Positions 18,346-30,514 of a stretch of 64,000 nt of DNA are shown piece after piece. The translations under genes and the position numbers were made by a program. Numbering within the stretch: the stretch's first letter is position 1; each line of letters begins with the position of its first letter. The DNA comes from Williopsis jadinii (lineage: Eukaryota), in the NCBI GenBank assembly GCA_024346625.1, contig AP024665.1, positions 1,302,001 through 1,366,000 on the forward strand, written 5' to 3'. The notes beneath the pieces are model-generated. The model was not told the DNA's origin, ran no database searches, and saw only the letters and a list, made by a program, of their open reading frames with translations.

Positions 18346-21300
18346 ATGGCGGATGGCGATAACTTTGACTTTCCTCCTGATCTGATAGAGGCGCTGGCAG
18401 GACAGCCGCTGTCTTATCTGCTACCTGTTCGAGATTGTAAGTATATGTGCAACTTCAAGTTGGTTGATCCGAGTGGTTTCTGTTGCTCTGGGTACTAACT
18501 AGAGGCTATGCCATAGTAACCAAGTATTTGGTGCCTTCGAATTATACCGCTGTGATTCCAGATGAGACTTCTGCGCCAGAGTATATGGCCTACTCACGAC
18601 AGAAGCATCTACTGGAGTCTGACGATGAAAAGTGTTCTGGGCTAAGGAATAGGGCCGAGTCTTTCCTTAACCTGGCGAACGAGGTGAAATCCATGACTTT
18701 AGAGGTTGGGAATCTGTTTCCAATAGACGAGGCCAAGATAGCCGCCATACCAGCTGGGACTAATACATCTTACTCACTGTTTGATGGGTTGAGAGGCGTG
18801 GCAAAGGATGTTGCCTGTAATGTTCCTTTGATCTCTGTTGAAGGAGAGATTATAGCATCGGAAGAGAAACGTGAGGAGTATATGCGACAGAATCAACACC
18901 ATCAGCGCAAGGAGGGTCCTGAACAGCAGCAACACGCTCATGAGAAGCATTTACATCAGCAACATGCACAACAACAGGCTCTGCAAATAGCCACGTATGT
19001 GCCTGTACATGATGACGAAGCTCAGCGGACTAGGATTGTGCCTGTGGCCCCTAAGGAGGGTGTCATGAATACACAGGCACAGCCAGGTCCAATTCACAAT
19101 CTTGGCCCACCGGCTTCTAATGGCTCGATACCGACACTTTACAATACAGTTCAAACGCAACCGAGTGGATCGCAAGGGCATACAATACAACAAACACAAA
19201 TATCATACAACAACCTGCCGATACAACAGGCTCATGCCACATTTTCAAATGTCGGAAGCTTCAATCCGAGTGGGTCACCTCAGCATGAGATTACTACACA
19301 TAATACTCCTAGTATACAGCAGAAGGAGGCATACTTCGCAAATGGGTCTCATCAGGGATCAGAAAGTACTTCAGTGCACCCTTCAACTAGTATACAGACA
19401 GCTGCAGCATCAAATTCATCTTTAATGACGACAAATTCAAACAAAAGAGATAATCCACCTACAATGAACCAAGGGGAACCGAAGAAGAGGAAACCAGATA
19501 CAAGCCTGGAACATCTTGAAATTGAGAAGCTGGCTCTAAAGCAGTTACTATTTTTGATTGAACGAAAAATATTTCTGGCAGATGAAGATGCAGAGTACGA
19601 ATCAAGTGATATATGGCAAGAACTAGAGAACTCGAAAAACATCTTGAACGATTCAGTAATCACTGAGATTCATGGCTACATAACTAAGATTGTGCCAACA
19701 TCACTGAAGACCGATATTCCATTGAGGATTCTAGAACGTATACAGGAGCTATGCATGAAATCTATCAGGGCCGCAAATGAAGTAAATTGGGTTGATGGTG
19801 AACATTATATCAAATTGGCTGGTAATGCGTTGAAAAGCGTTTCACTTCTTTTTGCGGTATTGAATATGCAGAGGGAAGAGAAACAACTATACCTCGATGA
19901 CTACATCTTGGAACCACTCACCTTTGTATACACCTTTACGGAGGATTTCATTTTGAAGAGCATATCACAAGGGATGATAAGCGATGTTATCATACAGCTC
20001 AACTCTTCAATATCGAAAGTGCTAACCCAATTGAATGATCAACTTGAGATGAACTCTCAAAATGATACTCTCATCACCAAATTGGAATACTTATGTATAA
20101 CGATGATTTTCCAAAAGTGCGATAGATTACTATTGTCATTAAAGTCATCTGCGCTCACTATATTGAATACAATCTTCAAAATTAGAAGAGATCAAAGGTC
20201 TTTTATCATCGATGAATTGCTTCTGAACTTCGACAAATTGCCAACTCATAAGGTGTCGTCAAGAGATATCAACTTGGGTGAAGGTGTTCACATACAGTTT
20301 ATTACAAAAGTCATTATGCAATTAATTGAAGTGTTTACTGTGACTGAATGTTATGGTAATGAAACCACCATAACAAAATCTGAGCTCACAGATGAAGAAA
20401 TCTCAAGGCGGAGACCAGAAGACCAGCGATTTGCTAGGTATGTGAAGGATGTTAGGGATGAGAAGATTCAGTTCTGTACGACAGTTGCGTCTACTCTTGT
20501 CTCAAAGCTAATCAGTTCAACTTCCTTCAAATCTATTCTTGAACTCTTTATCACAGATCTTTTGAATATTGTTACACGACCTACATTCACAGGAGCAGAA
20601 GCACTTCTTTGTCGTTTTCTGGAAATATTAGTAAGTAACACGGAGGGTCAGTCAGCAGTAGTTGAAACTAGCCTTTTGGAGATTCTTGGAATGATTGGGA
20701 CTGCCATGTTGGAAATTAGAGGGGCATGTGACCTGCCTTCGAAATCCATGGGCGACCTAAAGGAGCAATACACAATGGTTGCAAACTTCTTGCAAGGAAA
20801 GAAGAATAATCACCAAATGCAAACAACATCAAGTGTTTTCATGAGTGAATGGATAATCAAACTAATGGAATCTCTTAATTTCTTTGAGAAGGATTTGGGA
20901 GAAGATCAGAGTGATGATTATCTGACTCTAATGGGTATAATTGGGTATAACAATGGTGGATCCAACGATTCGATTGGGATTCAGCACAAAGAAGTAACAG
21001 CGATTGTTGCAACAGAAGAATACAAGAAAATTCTTCAACAATCCAAGTTTGTATCTCTCTATCAAAACTTCTTGAATCATTTATTAAAGGCAGTTGATCA
21101 TCCGAAGATCAAGTCGAGAACCAGAGCACTCAAAAATTTATCGATGTTGATCGAGAGAGATCCCCGCGTGATTTATATACCATCAGTGAAGCAAACGTTG
21201 TCAAATCGAATCAAGGATCCATCTTCATTAGTGAGACTTGCAGTGTTGGATATCTTTGATCAGTACATTTTGCAAAAACCGGAATTGATTGGCGACTTTT

Positions 21301-23441
21301 ATAAATCGCTCATCTTGACCGCTGACAAATCGACGGCTGTGAGAAATAGGTCGATCAAGATAGCTAGACGGATTTTCAATGACAGCTCAGATACTGCAAG
21401 CAAGGTGTTCCTATTGCAAAAGATCTTGAGAAGGATTGACGATGATGAGGAATCTGTCGTTGAGTCTGCCAAAGGAACTTTGATGGATATTCTATTCCTA
21501 GGACCGTCTTATAAGTCAAACCAATCAGAATCCAAACTCAAGGATGAATGTATGAAACTCATGCTGGTGATTGGAAAGCTGGTTGAAAAGAGCACTTCTG
21601 ATTGGGATTTGTTCGAAAAGTTCTTATTTGAGGATATAATCCAAGTTAACGATGAAAACAAGAGATTTCACACAGAGCTTCTCCAAGTATGTCAAGTCAT
21701 GACGATGTGTCTTGTGTCATACACAGTTGATAATGTCGATACAGAGAAACAGAACAATGTGGATACCTGTCTTGGGTTACTTTCAATCTTCACTAAGTCT
21801 GACGTTCCTTTTGTCAGCCAAGATCAACTTATGTCTCTTCTTCCCTACATCACTGCAGACACGACAGCTACAGCTGCTACGTCGTATTATTCATGGGTAA
21901 TCTTGAGGAATTCGTTAAACCACCTATCTTCTCTGCGAGAGTCGTTCTTGAAGAGTGCGCAAACGTCTGTATTGAAACGACTAACAAAGTTAAATACAAG
22001 GGAGTTAGAAGTAGCCATGCCTGCAGTATGGTCTTTATCAGTTATGCTCAATGACACAGTGAAGATTGCAAATGCTGCTTGTTCCTGCTTGTCATTGGTT
22101 CTACCGTTTGTTGACCTTGTCTTGGAGAATATGCTCATTGATGTTGACCATAAACTTATCAGATTACTCTATTTACTCGGTGCGTTTGGAAAGTACTGTG
22201 ACTTGGAGAAATATAGAGATATATTCGTCAAACATAGGCTTGGGATAAAGCCGAAAGAAACTGTTTTCAGCTTGATCACAAAGGTAATAATGATATTCAC
22301 CAAATCTAATGTGAATCGTGATATCAGAAAGGCAGCACTCCGAAATTTGATTCATTGTGCAACAACTCATTCTAAACTTTTTTTAAATGACAGGGTGTTG
22401 AATGTTATGGATACTGAGCTCTTGCAGAACGATGATGTTCCGCTCAAAAGCTTCATTTTGCAAGGTGTGCTTGAATTTTTGGAGAAAGAGGAAAGTGATT
22501 CCCTTAAAGAAAATACTAATACTGCCAAAGAGAAACCAGAAAAATCTAGTTTGATGGCTGACAATCAGAGAATAAACAACAATGAGGATATCTGTGCCTC
22601 TCTTGCTAACAGATACTTACAGACTGCGATGAGCTTGTGTACGTCTGGTTCGTCTGATGCAGATGTATTCACTGGGGTTAAGTTTTTGAAGTATGTGGTA
22701 CGCATGGGATATGGAAGTCCAATGGCATGTATTGGACCTGTTATCAATCTTCAGTTATCAACCAATCCTTACATTAGAACAGTGGGACAAGGTCTTCATA
22801 GGGAACTTCATGAAAAATACGAACCGTTAGTTGAGAACACTTACGCACATAATCTTTTCGGTGCTTTCAAAATCTCATATTCGACGTCGAAAGAGCACTG
22901 TCTTGATGAATCAATGATTATTCACAAGTTTTATAAGATCTTTGAAGAATCAAAGGGGGCAAAGAGAAAATTCTTGAAACAACTTCCGAAGACAGTTGAT
23001 CTCAAGCGTTTTCAAGACTGCGAGCAGATGCAGTTAATGGAGTATTACGTTGCTTTTCTCTCAAAAAATCTTCTTGAGTGTAAATTCACGATGAATGAAG
23101 ATGTCTACACGTTAATTCATGAGTTCGAGCTTGTTGTGCAATACAATGCACTGATTTTGAAAACCGAAATGGATCGGATGGCAGATATTAAAGATCAACA
23201 ACAAGTTGATGCATTAGGTTATTATGCCTCTTCGATATTGATCTTGAATGATTTTGTCAACACATTGCGTCGAAATTATAGATTGAATCAGAAGAATATC
23301 AATCCTGATGAACTGAGCTCAACAAAGGTCAAAACCATCAGTGACCAAGCTTCGATTAACGTCTCGTTATATTGCAGCGGGGATGGTGCAAATAGTATTG
23401 TTTTCCAAAGAGCCAAAGAACAAGTGTTCCTATTGATGTGA
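18346..23441 (+). CDS. SCC2: Cohesin loader Scc2 (NIPBL), 2 exons
   Basis: Exon 1 18346-18436 (MADGDNFDFPPDLIEALAGQPLSYLLPVRD); intron 18437-18516 (GTAAGT, TACTAAC 18493-18499, TAG); exon 2 18517-23441 with HEAT repeats KSRTRALKNLS..DPSSLVR..DKSTAVRNRSIK..RRIDDDEESV. Confidence 0.93.
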
Positions 23442-23509
23442 ATGGCGTACTATCAATATAGGAGAATGAATTTGCATGTTACTCTACTTAATACTAAACG
23501 ATGATATAA

Positions 23510-25474
23510 CTAGGAGCTAATCAATTTTAGCAACAACTGAGCACCTTTATTGTCATCTGTGGCCGCCTTTTTAACCTGTTTCGTGTTCTTGAGCAACTCT
23601 TTATGAACATCTGATTTGGCATCCAAGTTCTCATACAGTGACACCACGACAAAAGACGTATCCTTGTTCTCCACCCATTTAATGAGGTCCTCACCGATCA
23701 CTTCAGAGTAAAACTGGGTAGCAAACTGCTCTCCTAAACCATGAATGTCCAACTTGATCAACTTTTTGTTCTTAGCATCCCACTTACCACATTGGATGAG
23801 AGACTTCAGCAATCTGACAGAGAATGGCTTGAATATCAAATTATCCTCGTCATCAAGGTCGCCCTTGAATGCATCAATGAGCTGAGCAATGGCTGAATCC
23901 CTTTGGGAATCGGTGGTTGGGGCATTATTGAGGAAGACCTCTCCAACAAACTGGGATCCCATGTTCTCCTGCAAGACATCAGCAGTGTTCTCTTCAATGA
24001 CTTTGTAGAACAGAGGGGCGAATTTCTCCAGCAGTTCTGTTCTTCTATGGTCTAATGGTTTCTTAGAAGTGGTCTGGGATAAATCAATATATCTCTGTAA
24101 CTCCTTCTTGACTGCTGGAGAGAAGTAACGACCATCAAGTCCTGTCAAGAGGTAGAGGAATGGTCTTCTTGCATACTTGTCAACAACGAGTTCAGAGATG
24201 TGCTCTGAAAAGTCTGGCTCGAATGCCTTGTAAACCATAACTGTATCATCAACGGTCAAGAAAAGAGTAATGACGACAAGATTACCATACTCATTCTTGA
24301 TCAAGTTCAAGCCGTGTTCTCTCAAAGCTCTGACAATCTGTTTTCTTTCTTTGGCATTAGCTCTAGCAATAAGGGTACATGCAACTTCACAACCTTCAGG
24401 AGTGTGGATCAACTCTGCGAATTGCTCGTGTAGTAGTTCAATAAACTCATGTGCTTCCTCCTCGTTGATGATTTGAACGTATTCTTTCATAGCAGCGTGT
24501 AATATTTGGAAACCAGTTGAGCCTTTCTCAACTGATGCGGTGATTGTACCAGCAAGGTTCCTAGCAATCAAATTTCTCTTCTCAACAGCTTCTTCACATA
24601 CTTCCTGAATGGACTTTCCCTTACCTGAATCTTTGAACACGGCGTACTCTGCTCCCCAGAATTCTCTGATCATTTGTTTCTTCTGTTCAGCAGTGGAGTA
24701 CAAGACAAAGAGATCCTCGACGACGTAGGCACCTTCTCTGTGTCTCATGAGCTTTCTGAGCTTACCATGGAGTTCGCCAATGATAAGATCTCTTGTATCT
24801 TTAGACCCATAGTGTAACATCTTCACCAACAGGTACTTACCGTAGGAACTAGTAGCTAGCTCGTAGTAGTGTGATTTCAGGGCTAGAGCAATTGCGTCTC
24901 TTCTTTCCTTGGTGGTGTACTTGATCAGAGTCTGAACAACTCTGGAGGCATCATGCTTCAAGACTAAATCTCTAATCACATCCTTGGAGTACTTCCAGAT
25001 CTCTTCACAGAGCTTTTCACGGAGATCCTTTGGAGGCTTTGGACTTTTAACTCTCAGACGCTCCCATAAGGACTTGATGTGCTGAACCTCAGCACCAGAC
25101 TTTCTCTGGAGCTTTCTTTCCTGAAGTAATTTCTTCTGTTCAGCGTGTTGTTCAGCTGACGATTTCTTGTTTGGGTCAACATTCTCACCTTCCTCGCCTT
25201 CCTCATCAGCAGCGTCGAGTGGGACAAAGTCGTCTTCCTGTTTTGAGCTTCCGTCTTCATTGTCGTCAAGCTCATCGTCAGAATCAGAGCTTTGATCCAA
25301 GGAGTCGTCTGAATCACTGTCCAATTCATCTTCAGAGCTGCTCACATCTTCGGAGCTGCTCACATCGTCGGACTCAGCAGGCGCAGCTTGCTTCTTATTA
25401 AGCTTGAGCTTCTTTTTCGACTCCGAATCACCAGCAATAGCACGCTTGGTACCTCTGACCGTAGTAGGAGCCAT
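23510..25474 (-). CDS. PUF6: Pumilio-family RNA-binding protein Puf6
   Basis: Acidic N-terminus; LVLKHDASRVVQTLIKY, LATSSYGKYLLVKMLHYG, LMRHREGAYVVED; CPL domain. Confidence 0.96.
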   Translation of the reverse strand: MAPTTVRGTKRAIAGDSESKKKLKLNKKQAAPAESDDVSSSEDVSSSEDELDSDSDDSLDQSSDSDDELDDNEDGSSKQEDDFVPLDAADEEGEEGENVDPNKKSSAEQHAEQKKLLQERKLQRKSGAEVQHIKSLWERLRVKSPKPPKDLREKLCEEIWKYSKDVIRDLVLKHDASRVVQTLIKYTTKERRDAIALALKSHYYELATSSYGKYLLVKMLHYGSKDTRDLIIGELHGKLRKLMRHREGAYVVEDLFVLYSTAEQKKQMIREFWGAEYAVFKDSGKGKSIQEVCEEAVEKRNLIARNLAGTITASVEKGSTGFQILHAAMKEYVQIINEEEAHEFIELLHEQFAELIHTPEGCEVACTLIARANAKERKQIVRALREHGLNLIKNEYGNLVVITLFLTVDDTVMVYKAFEPDFSEHISELVVDKYARRPFLYLLTGLDGRYFSPAVKKELQRYIDLSQTTSKKPLDHRRTELLEKFAPLFYKVIEENTADVLQENMGSQFVGEVFLNNAPTTDSQRDSAIAQLIDAFKGDLDDEDNLIFKPFSVRLLKSLIQCGKWDAKNKKLIKLDIHGLGEQFATQFYSEVIGEDLIKWVENKDTSFVVVSLYENLDAKSDVHKELLKNTKQVKKAATDDNKGAQLLLKLISS

Positions 25475-25533
25475 GATTATCCAATTCTATAACTAGTATC
25501 AATGGCTTATTATGTCCCAATGGTCAAGGGAAA

Positions 25534-25547
25534 GCTCATCTCATCGC
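25534..25547 (-). promoter_or_regulatory. Overlapping double PAC element upstream of PUF6
   Basis: gctcatctcatcgc (reverse complement GCGATGAGATGAGC) 60 bp upstream of the ATG of a ribosome-biogenesis gene. Confidence 0.75.
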
Positions 25548-25648
25548 ACAAAAAAATATAAAATTTGTCTCGAAAAGTTTTCTTGGTACGGACCGCATCA
25601 GTTCACACTATGTGTCAAGGGAACCATTAACATGTGTTTATTAGCTAT

Positions 25649-28600
25649 TTATGAAGAACAGGGTGGTTTCATGATGGTGCCAGTACTCTCAGAGTCGGAG
25701 GATAATATCTCATTAATCAATTGATCTACCAAGAGGACTTTGGTTTTTTTCAATGACTTGAGGAAGTTGATAATCCTATCGTAGTTGGAGTAATAGGCAT
25801 TGTTCAGCATGATGATCTTGAGGAGCTTGAACAAGTCGATGAGTATCACCAAATCAGATTTGTATTCGCCGATTCTGGTGATGATGGTGCCAACAATCTG
25901 GTCGTCGTTGAGGTACGCTAACCGTATCTGGTTGACAACAATAGATTTGGAGTAGGTTGACAAAAACCTGACAAGTCTCTCCATGTAGAGTTCATAGTTT
26001 AGAGTATGCTCAACAAGGAAACTCTGTAGGATAAAGTGGTACTTGTCATTGAGAATGGCTTGTGCAATTCTGTCATCGCCGCACTTTTCGTGTAAAGTGG
26101 TCAAGGAGTCCAATGAGTTGGCTTGCCATGTCGGGTCAATCAACAATTCTAGGTAGTTACGTACGAGTCCCGTTTTTTCGTCCATAACATGCTTCGTTAG
26201 CATCGGATTGAGTGCAAACTCACACATCAATGGTATCACGAACTCTGAACATGGTAAAGTGGTATTTAGAAGTTCTTGGACAATTGAAATTCCACCAAGT
26301 CTCACCAACGTCACTTGACGGGCATGGTTCAAATGACACATGCTGAAAAGCAACGAACAACAGAGGCTCAATGTGTCACTATCCGTTTGTGATGTGTTGA
26401 TGACGTCTCTTTTGATAGTCTTCGTGAGAAATTTCACCATAGAAGCAGAGTCTGGAAGATCATTAACATTCACAGACTTGAAGAATTTCAACAATTTAAT
26501 CTGGTTCACTTTTGTAAGCTTGTTGTAAGCTTTGAATATGGAGTTGAGAAATATAGGTTTCAAGTTGAGTAACTTGGAGCCTTCGGTGAAGCATATTATA
26601 TCAATAAGAGAATCTGCCAACTGTGAATTTTTAACATTTGTCGAGTGCAGTACCATGACAGATATCCAATCTAAGAAATTGGGGAAGGAAAGCAGTATTA
26701 GCTGGAGAATCTTTTCTGGAACAACACGGTCCTTAAAAGATTGACTTATTATGCCAATAACACTTTGAGGTAGCACCTGGTCTTCCACAAAATCTTCTTC
26801 AAGAAGTTTTAAAGCTGTTCTAAGCCCACCACTTTGAACAAAAACACGAAGCGAACATGAGTTTCTTTGAAAAAGTTCAGTGAGTATTTCAGACGCATGA
26901 TGTCTGATTTGACGTTCGTTGTTGCTATGAAGACAGTCAGTCAAGAGTGGTAGCCCACCAAGGTCTGTGAAGTCATGTATCGCTAGATCAGAGAGCTTGA
27001 AAAGATTGTGCAAAAGTGTTAGGTAAGCACCTGTTAGCTCTGTCTCGACTCCAATCTTAGTTTCCATCGCTTGAATGACCCTGAAAACAAACTCTGTTGT
27101 AACAAACGATCCGACTAACTTCCCAGCTTGTCCAAGTTCCAAGTTGAGTCGTGTAAGAACATCCAGATCATCTTCATGTTGGTAAAAGGATTCAATTAGT
27201 TCAGAGACCTTGTCATTCTTGCACGTCATGCTGACAGGTTCAAACATCTTTGCACTTAAATTTGAAGAATTGATTTCCAAGTCTCTAAATTCCTGTGAAA
27301 GATCATCGTCGAGGAATTTATTCGTCTCAGAATCTCCGTGCTTAAGTGTATTGGTGCTTAATGGAAGAAACTTCTTCGTGTGAAGTCTCTTTATCGAGTT
27401 GAAGTCCTGTTCAACCAGACGTGATGCTCTTCTGGAACGGCTAAGCATAATGGAATCAACAATTCTGTTCCCTCTCACCTGACTTGTCAACCATGGATGG
27501 TCTCTGAGTTGTTTGGCCGTGAGTCTTTTAGCTGGTTGCTTCTCAAAACATTCCAACAAAAAACTGTGACACTCTGGTGATATGAATTGTGGTAGAGGTG
27601 GGAATTCGTCTGTGACTATGGCATGTAGGGCAGCCATCTCATTCAAATGTGCATACGGTGGTTCGGCAGTTAAAAGCTCCAAGACCGTAGCACCGACAGA
27701 CCAGATGTCTGACGCGGTAGATGTACCATCCATCGATATTATTTCTGGTGCCATCCAGTTTGGAGTCCCTGCAATGGAGAACGTCTTTATTGTGCTAGAC
27801 GATACTTTTGTAGAAACACCAAAATCTGTTAATTTGATAGCCCCACCGCTCGTAAGGAGGATGTTTGCAGCTTTAACATCTCTATGCACAACACCTTGCT
27901 CGTGTAAATACATCAAACCTTCTAAGACTTGTTTTATGTATGTTATAACCGCATCCTCTGTTAAAGGGCCGTGCTTCTTGTAATAGCTTCTAAGCGAGCC
28001 TCCGGAGCAGTATTCCAAGAATATGAACAATTTCCTTTCGTTTCTTATGAATCCATGGTATTTCACAATGTTTCTATGCTTGAGGATCTTGAGGAGGTCG
28101 ATTTCAGACATCAACTCTAATATGTTATCGTCGTCTTCAATGAGAATCTCCTTCACTGCAACCTGATCTCCAGTTATTTTATTAATGGCACGATAGACGT
28201 TCGCAAAGGCACCTTTCCCGATATTTTCTTTAAATTCGTACGATGCCAATATGTCATTTGTTGTGATCATCCTACCAGAATTCTTCTCCAATCTCTGAGC
28301 CGGTGTAAGGGATACTTTCATTTCCGGTCTCTTTGAGTACCCCAAACCATGGATCTTAGTGGGCGTACGAGGGAGAAACTTTGGCTGCGGAGGCTTCCTG
28401 TTCATATGCTTCAGTGGAATCCTTGATTCGCTCCTTGTCTTTGTCGGCGTCTTTGGTGGCTCTTTGAACTGCAGATCAGGTATCGAATCAAAAGTACCAA
28501 AGTTCTCATTATGGCCCGATTTTGTAGGTGATGATGATGACGATCTGGGTGGTGACGATTGTAACCGCTTAAATTTCGGGGACAGCAACAGCTCGTTCTC

Positions 28601-28684
28601 CTCCACTATTGAAAACTCTTCGGAATAGTCATCATCGTCCTTGAACTTATCCAGAAACATGGACTTTGAGACGTTTGGATCCAT
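25649..28684 (-). CDS. CDC15: Mitotic exit network kinase Cdc15
   Basis: IGKGAFANVY, MSEIDLLKILKHRNIVKYHGF, HRDVKAANIL, GTPNWMAPE; armadillo-like C-terminal region (CHLNHARQ..GGI, WQANSLDSL). Confidence 0.9.
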   Translation of the reverse strand: MDPNVSKSMFLDKFKDDDDYSEEFSIVEENELLLSPKFKRLQSSPPRSSSSSPTKSGHNENFGTFDSIPDLQFKEPPKTPTKTRSESRIPLKHMNRKPPQPKFLPRTPTKIHGLGYSKRPEMKVSLTPAQRLEKNSGRMITTNDILASYEFKENIGKGAFANVYRAINKITGDQVAVKEILIEDDDNILELMSEIDLLKILKHRNIVKYHGFIRNERKLFIFLEYCSGGSLRSYYKKHGPLTEDAVITYIKQVLEGLMYLHEQGVVHRDVKAANILLTSGGAIKLTDFGVSTKVSSSTIKTFSIAGTPNWMAPEIISMDGTSTASDIWSVGATVLELLTAEPPYAHLNEMAALHAIVTDEFPPLPQFISPECHSFLLECFEKQPAKRLTAKQLRDHPWLTSQVRGNRIVDSIMLSRSRRASRLVEQDFNSIKRLHTKKFLPLSTNTLKHGDSETNKFLDDDLSQEFRDLEINSSNLSAKMFEPVSMTCKNDKVSELIESFYQHEDDLDVLTRLNLELGQAGKLVGSFVTTEFVFRVIQAMETKIGVETELTGAYLTLLHNLFKLSDLAIHDFTDLGGLPLLTDCLHSNNERQIRHHASEILTELFQRNSCSLRVFVQSGGLRTALKLLEEDFVEDQVLPQSVIGIISQSFKDRVVPEKILQLILLSFPNFLDWISVMVLHSTNVKNSQLADSLIDIICFTEGSKLLNLKPIFLNSIFKAYNKLTKVNQIKLLKFFKSVNVNDLPDSASMVKFLTKTIKRDVINTSQTDSDTLSLCCSLLFSMCHLNHARQVTLVRLGGISIVQELLNTTLPCSEFVIPLMCEFALNPMLTKHVMDEKTGLVRNYLELLIDPTWQANSLDSLTTLHEKCGDDRIAQAILNDKYHFILQSFLVEHTLNYELYMERLVRFLSTYSKSIVVNQIRLAYLNDDQIVGTIITRIGEYKSDLVILIDLFKLLKIIMLNNAYYSNYDRIINFLKSLKKTKVLLVDQLINEILSSDSESTGTIMKPPCSS

Positions 28685-28993
28685 TGTGATGGAATCAAGT
28701 ACTCAGACGCAATACACAACTTGACAGGACCACAAATCACAGCACTATGAGGGCACGAGGAGTGGAGAGCTCGGGCCACCTGAAGATATCGTACTTTCCT
28801 TGTGTGATATCGGAACTTCCCCTGGTGATTCTCCCCTGGAGGTGTATAATCAATGAAGTTCAATGAGTGAAACTGGAGACACATAGCGATGTGTCTCAAA
28901 AGTAAACAAACAAATCCGTTAAGCTGGGTAACCCTTGCCCTGCAGCACCGTGCACGGTTTGGATGATAACGCTCGCTTTTTCTAACCAGGATT

Positions 28994-29065
28994 GCCCCTC
29001 TGGTGCAATGGTTAGCATGGTATCCTCCGGAGATTCTGATCCGAGTTCGATCCTCGGGAGGGGCT
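28994..29065 (+). tRNA. tRNA-Arg(CCG)
   Basis: GCCCCTC/GAGGGGC acceptor stem; D arm GTGC-AATGGTTA-GCAT; anticodon loop CT-CCG-GA; T arm CCGAG-TTCGATC-CTCGG; 72 nt, no intron. Confidence 0.95.
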
Positions 29066-29463
29066 TCCACTTAAAATTTTGATTTCCTGATATTCGTGGT
29101 TGCTATGTAAACCAGGTATCCAATATTGAACCTATGGTCTTGTTTTTTTTTGCTTGTAGGTTGTGATAGAAGTAATAGCTATCATAAGGGATTTACATCA
29201 TTGGAACAAGGTTTGCAAATCATGAAACAGACACCCGTTCTCCTTCCCAGATTTAGACGACCTCGTGGATCGTGGTCAACTCTGCCTAACTGTATACCTC
29301 TACTCTGCTTCATTTAAGGTGCTCTTGTGCTAGTCCCATGTTCTTGTATATCGGATTGATGTTATTCACGCGTATCGGTATCCTGGTATCTATTGTGCTA
29401 TAGTAGATTAAACTCACTCCACTTCTATCGTAGGTGGTTGATAACACTTTTGAGAGTACATGT

Positions 29464-29527
29464 AAGCCCTATACACATGCACGTGATGTGTATAGCCCTA
29501 ACACAATCTACCAAACATCCGGACATT
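29464..29527 (+). promoter_or_regulatory. RPL26 promoter: Tbf1-like, Cbf1 and Rap1-like sites
   Basis: AAGCCCTAT 29464-29472; CACGTGA 29480-29486; TAGCCCTAA 29493-29501; AAACATCCGGACATT 29513-29527. Confidence 0.7.
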
Positions 29528-29682
29528 CTCACTACGCCAACACCCGCGAATTTCGCACAACTCTTCTTTCTGCAGAGCAGTCCCACGCCAGAAAGCGCAT
29601 CAACAGCTGAAAATTGAAATTTACTTCAACAGCTTTGTTCCAAGTAGTGTGTTACATAGACGGTACAACAGAGACAGCAAAA

Positions 29683-30514
29683 ATGGCTAAGCAATCCCTT
29701 GGTATGTGATGGCGTCGTATGGAGTTAGACGAGTGGACGATATTCAACGGTGTACAGAAAGACAGATATGTGAAAGAAGATACAAGAGAGACTTTTTTTT
29801 CAATGTGTCATCACGAAGTGAAAAGTTGTGAACGATGAACGATGAGGGTGTGAATTTACCAAGGAGTGATCGGATGATACACATCTACCAGTGACATTCA
29901 CATACCTTGTAGCACTTACTGATATCTCATACTGAAACTAAACTTTCTATCTTCATCGGCTCTGTTTGACATCTTACTTACAAGCACGAGATTCATCCAA
30001 TCCCGATGGAGACAGAACATGCAGTTCAACTGTCTCGTTCTGACTTGTTCTTCTTAAAATCAAATCTGTTCCAAGTGCTTGCATTCCGAAAACTCATCCT
30101 CCGTGTGTTTTCTCAAGATTTGAAATACTAACTCTTTTTTCTTGTACAGACGTTTCCAGCTCCAGAAGCAAAGCCAGAAAGGCCTACTTCACTGCCCCAT
30201 CTTCTATCAGACGTAAACTTTTGTCTGCTCCATTGTCCAAGGAGTTGCAAGAGCAATACAAGATCAAGGCTCTTCCAATCAGAAAGGAGGACCAAGTCTT
30301 GGTTGTTCGCGGTTCCAAGAAGGGCCAAGAGGGTAAGGTCTCCTCTGTCTACAGATTGAAGTTTGCTGTTCAAGTTGACAAGTTGACCAAGGAGAAGTCC
30401 AACGGTGCTTCTGTCCCAATCAACATTCACCCATCCAAGCTTGTCATCACCAAGTTGTACTTGGACAAGGACAGAAAGGCTTTGATCGCCAGAAAGGGTG
30501 GTAACGCTGAATAA
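29683..30514 (+). CDS. RPL26: 60S ribosomal protein L26 (uL24), 2 exons
   Basis: Exon 1 29683-29701 (MAKQSL-D); intron 29702-30149 (GTATGT, TACTAAC 30126-30132, CAG); exon 2 30150-30514 VSSSRSKARKAYFTAPSS..IHPSKLVITKL. Confidence 0.98.

Noticed and set aside
28606..29070. 154-aa minus-strand ORF upstream of CDC15
   Set aside because: Overlaps the tRNA-Arg gene and promoter, and has no protein features.
29702..30149. Intron-encoded C/D snoRNA in RPL26
   Set aside because: CTGA boxes are present but there is no clean RTGATGA C box or rRNA guide I could recognise. A snoscan or Rfam search would settle it.
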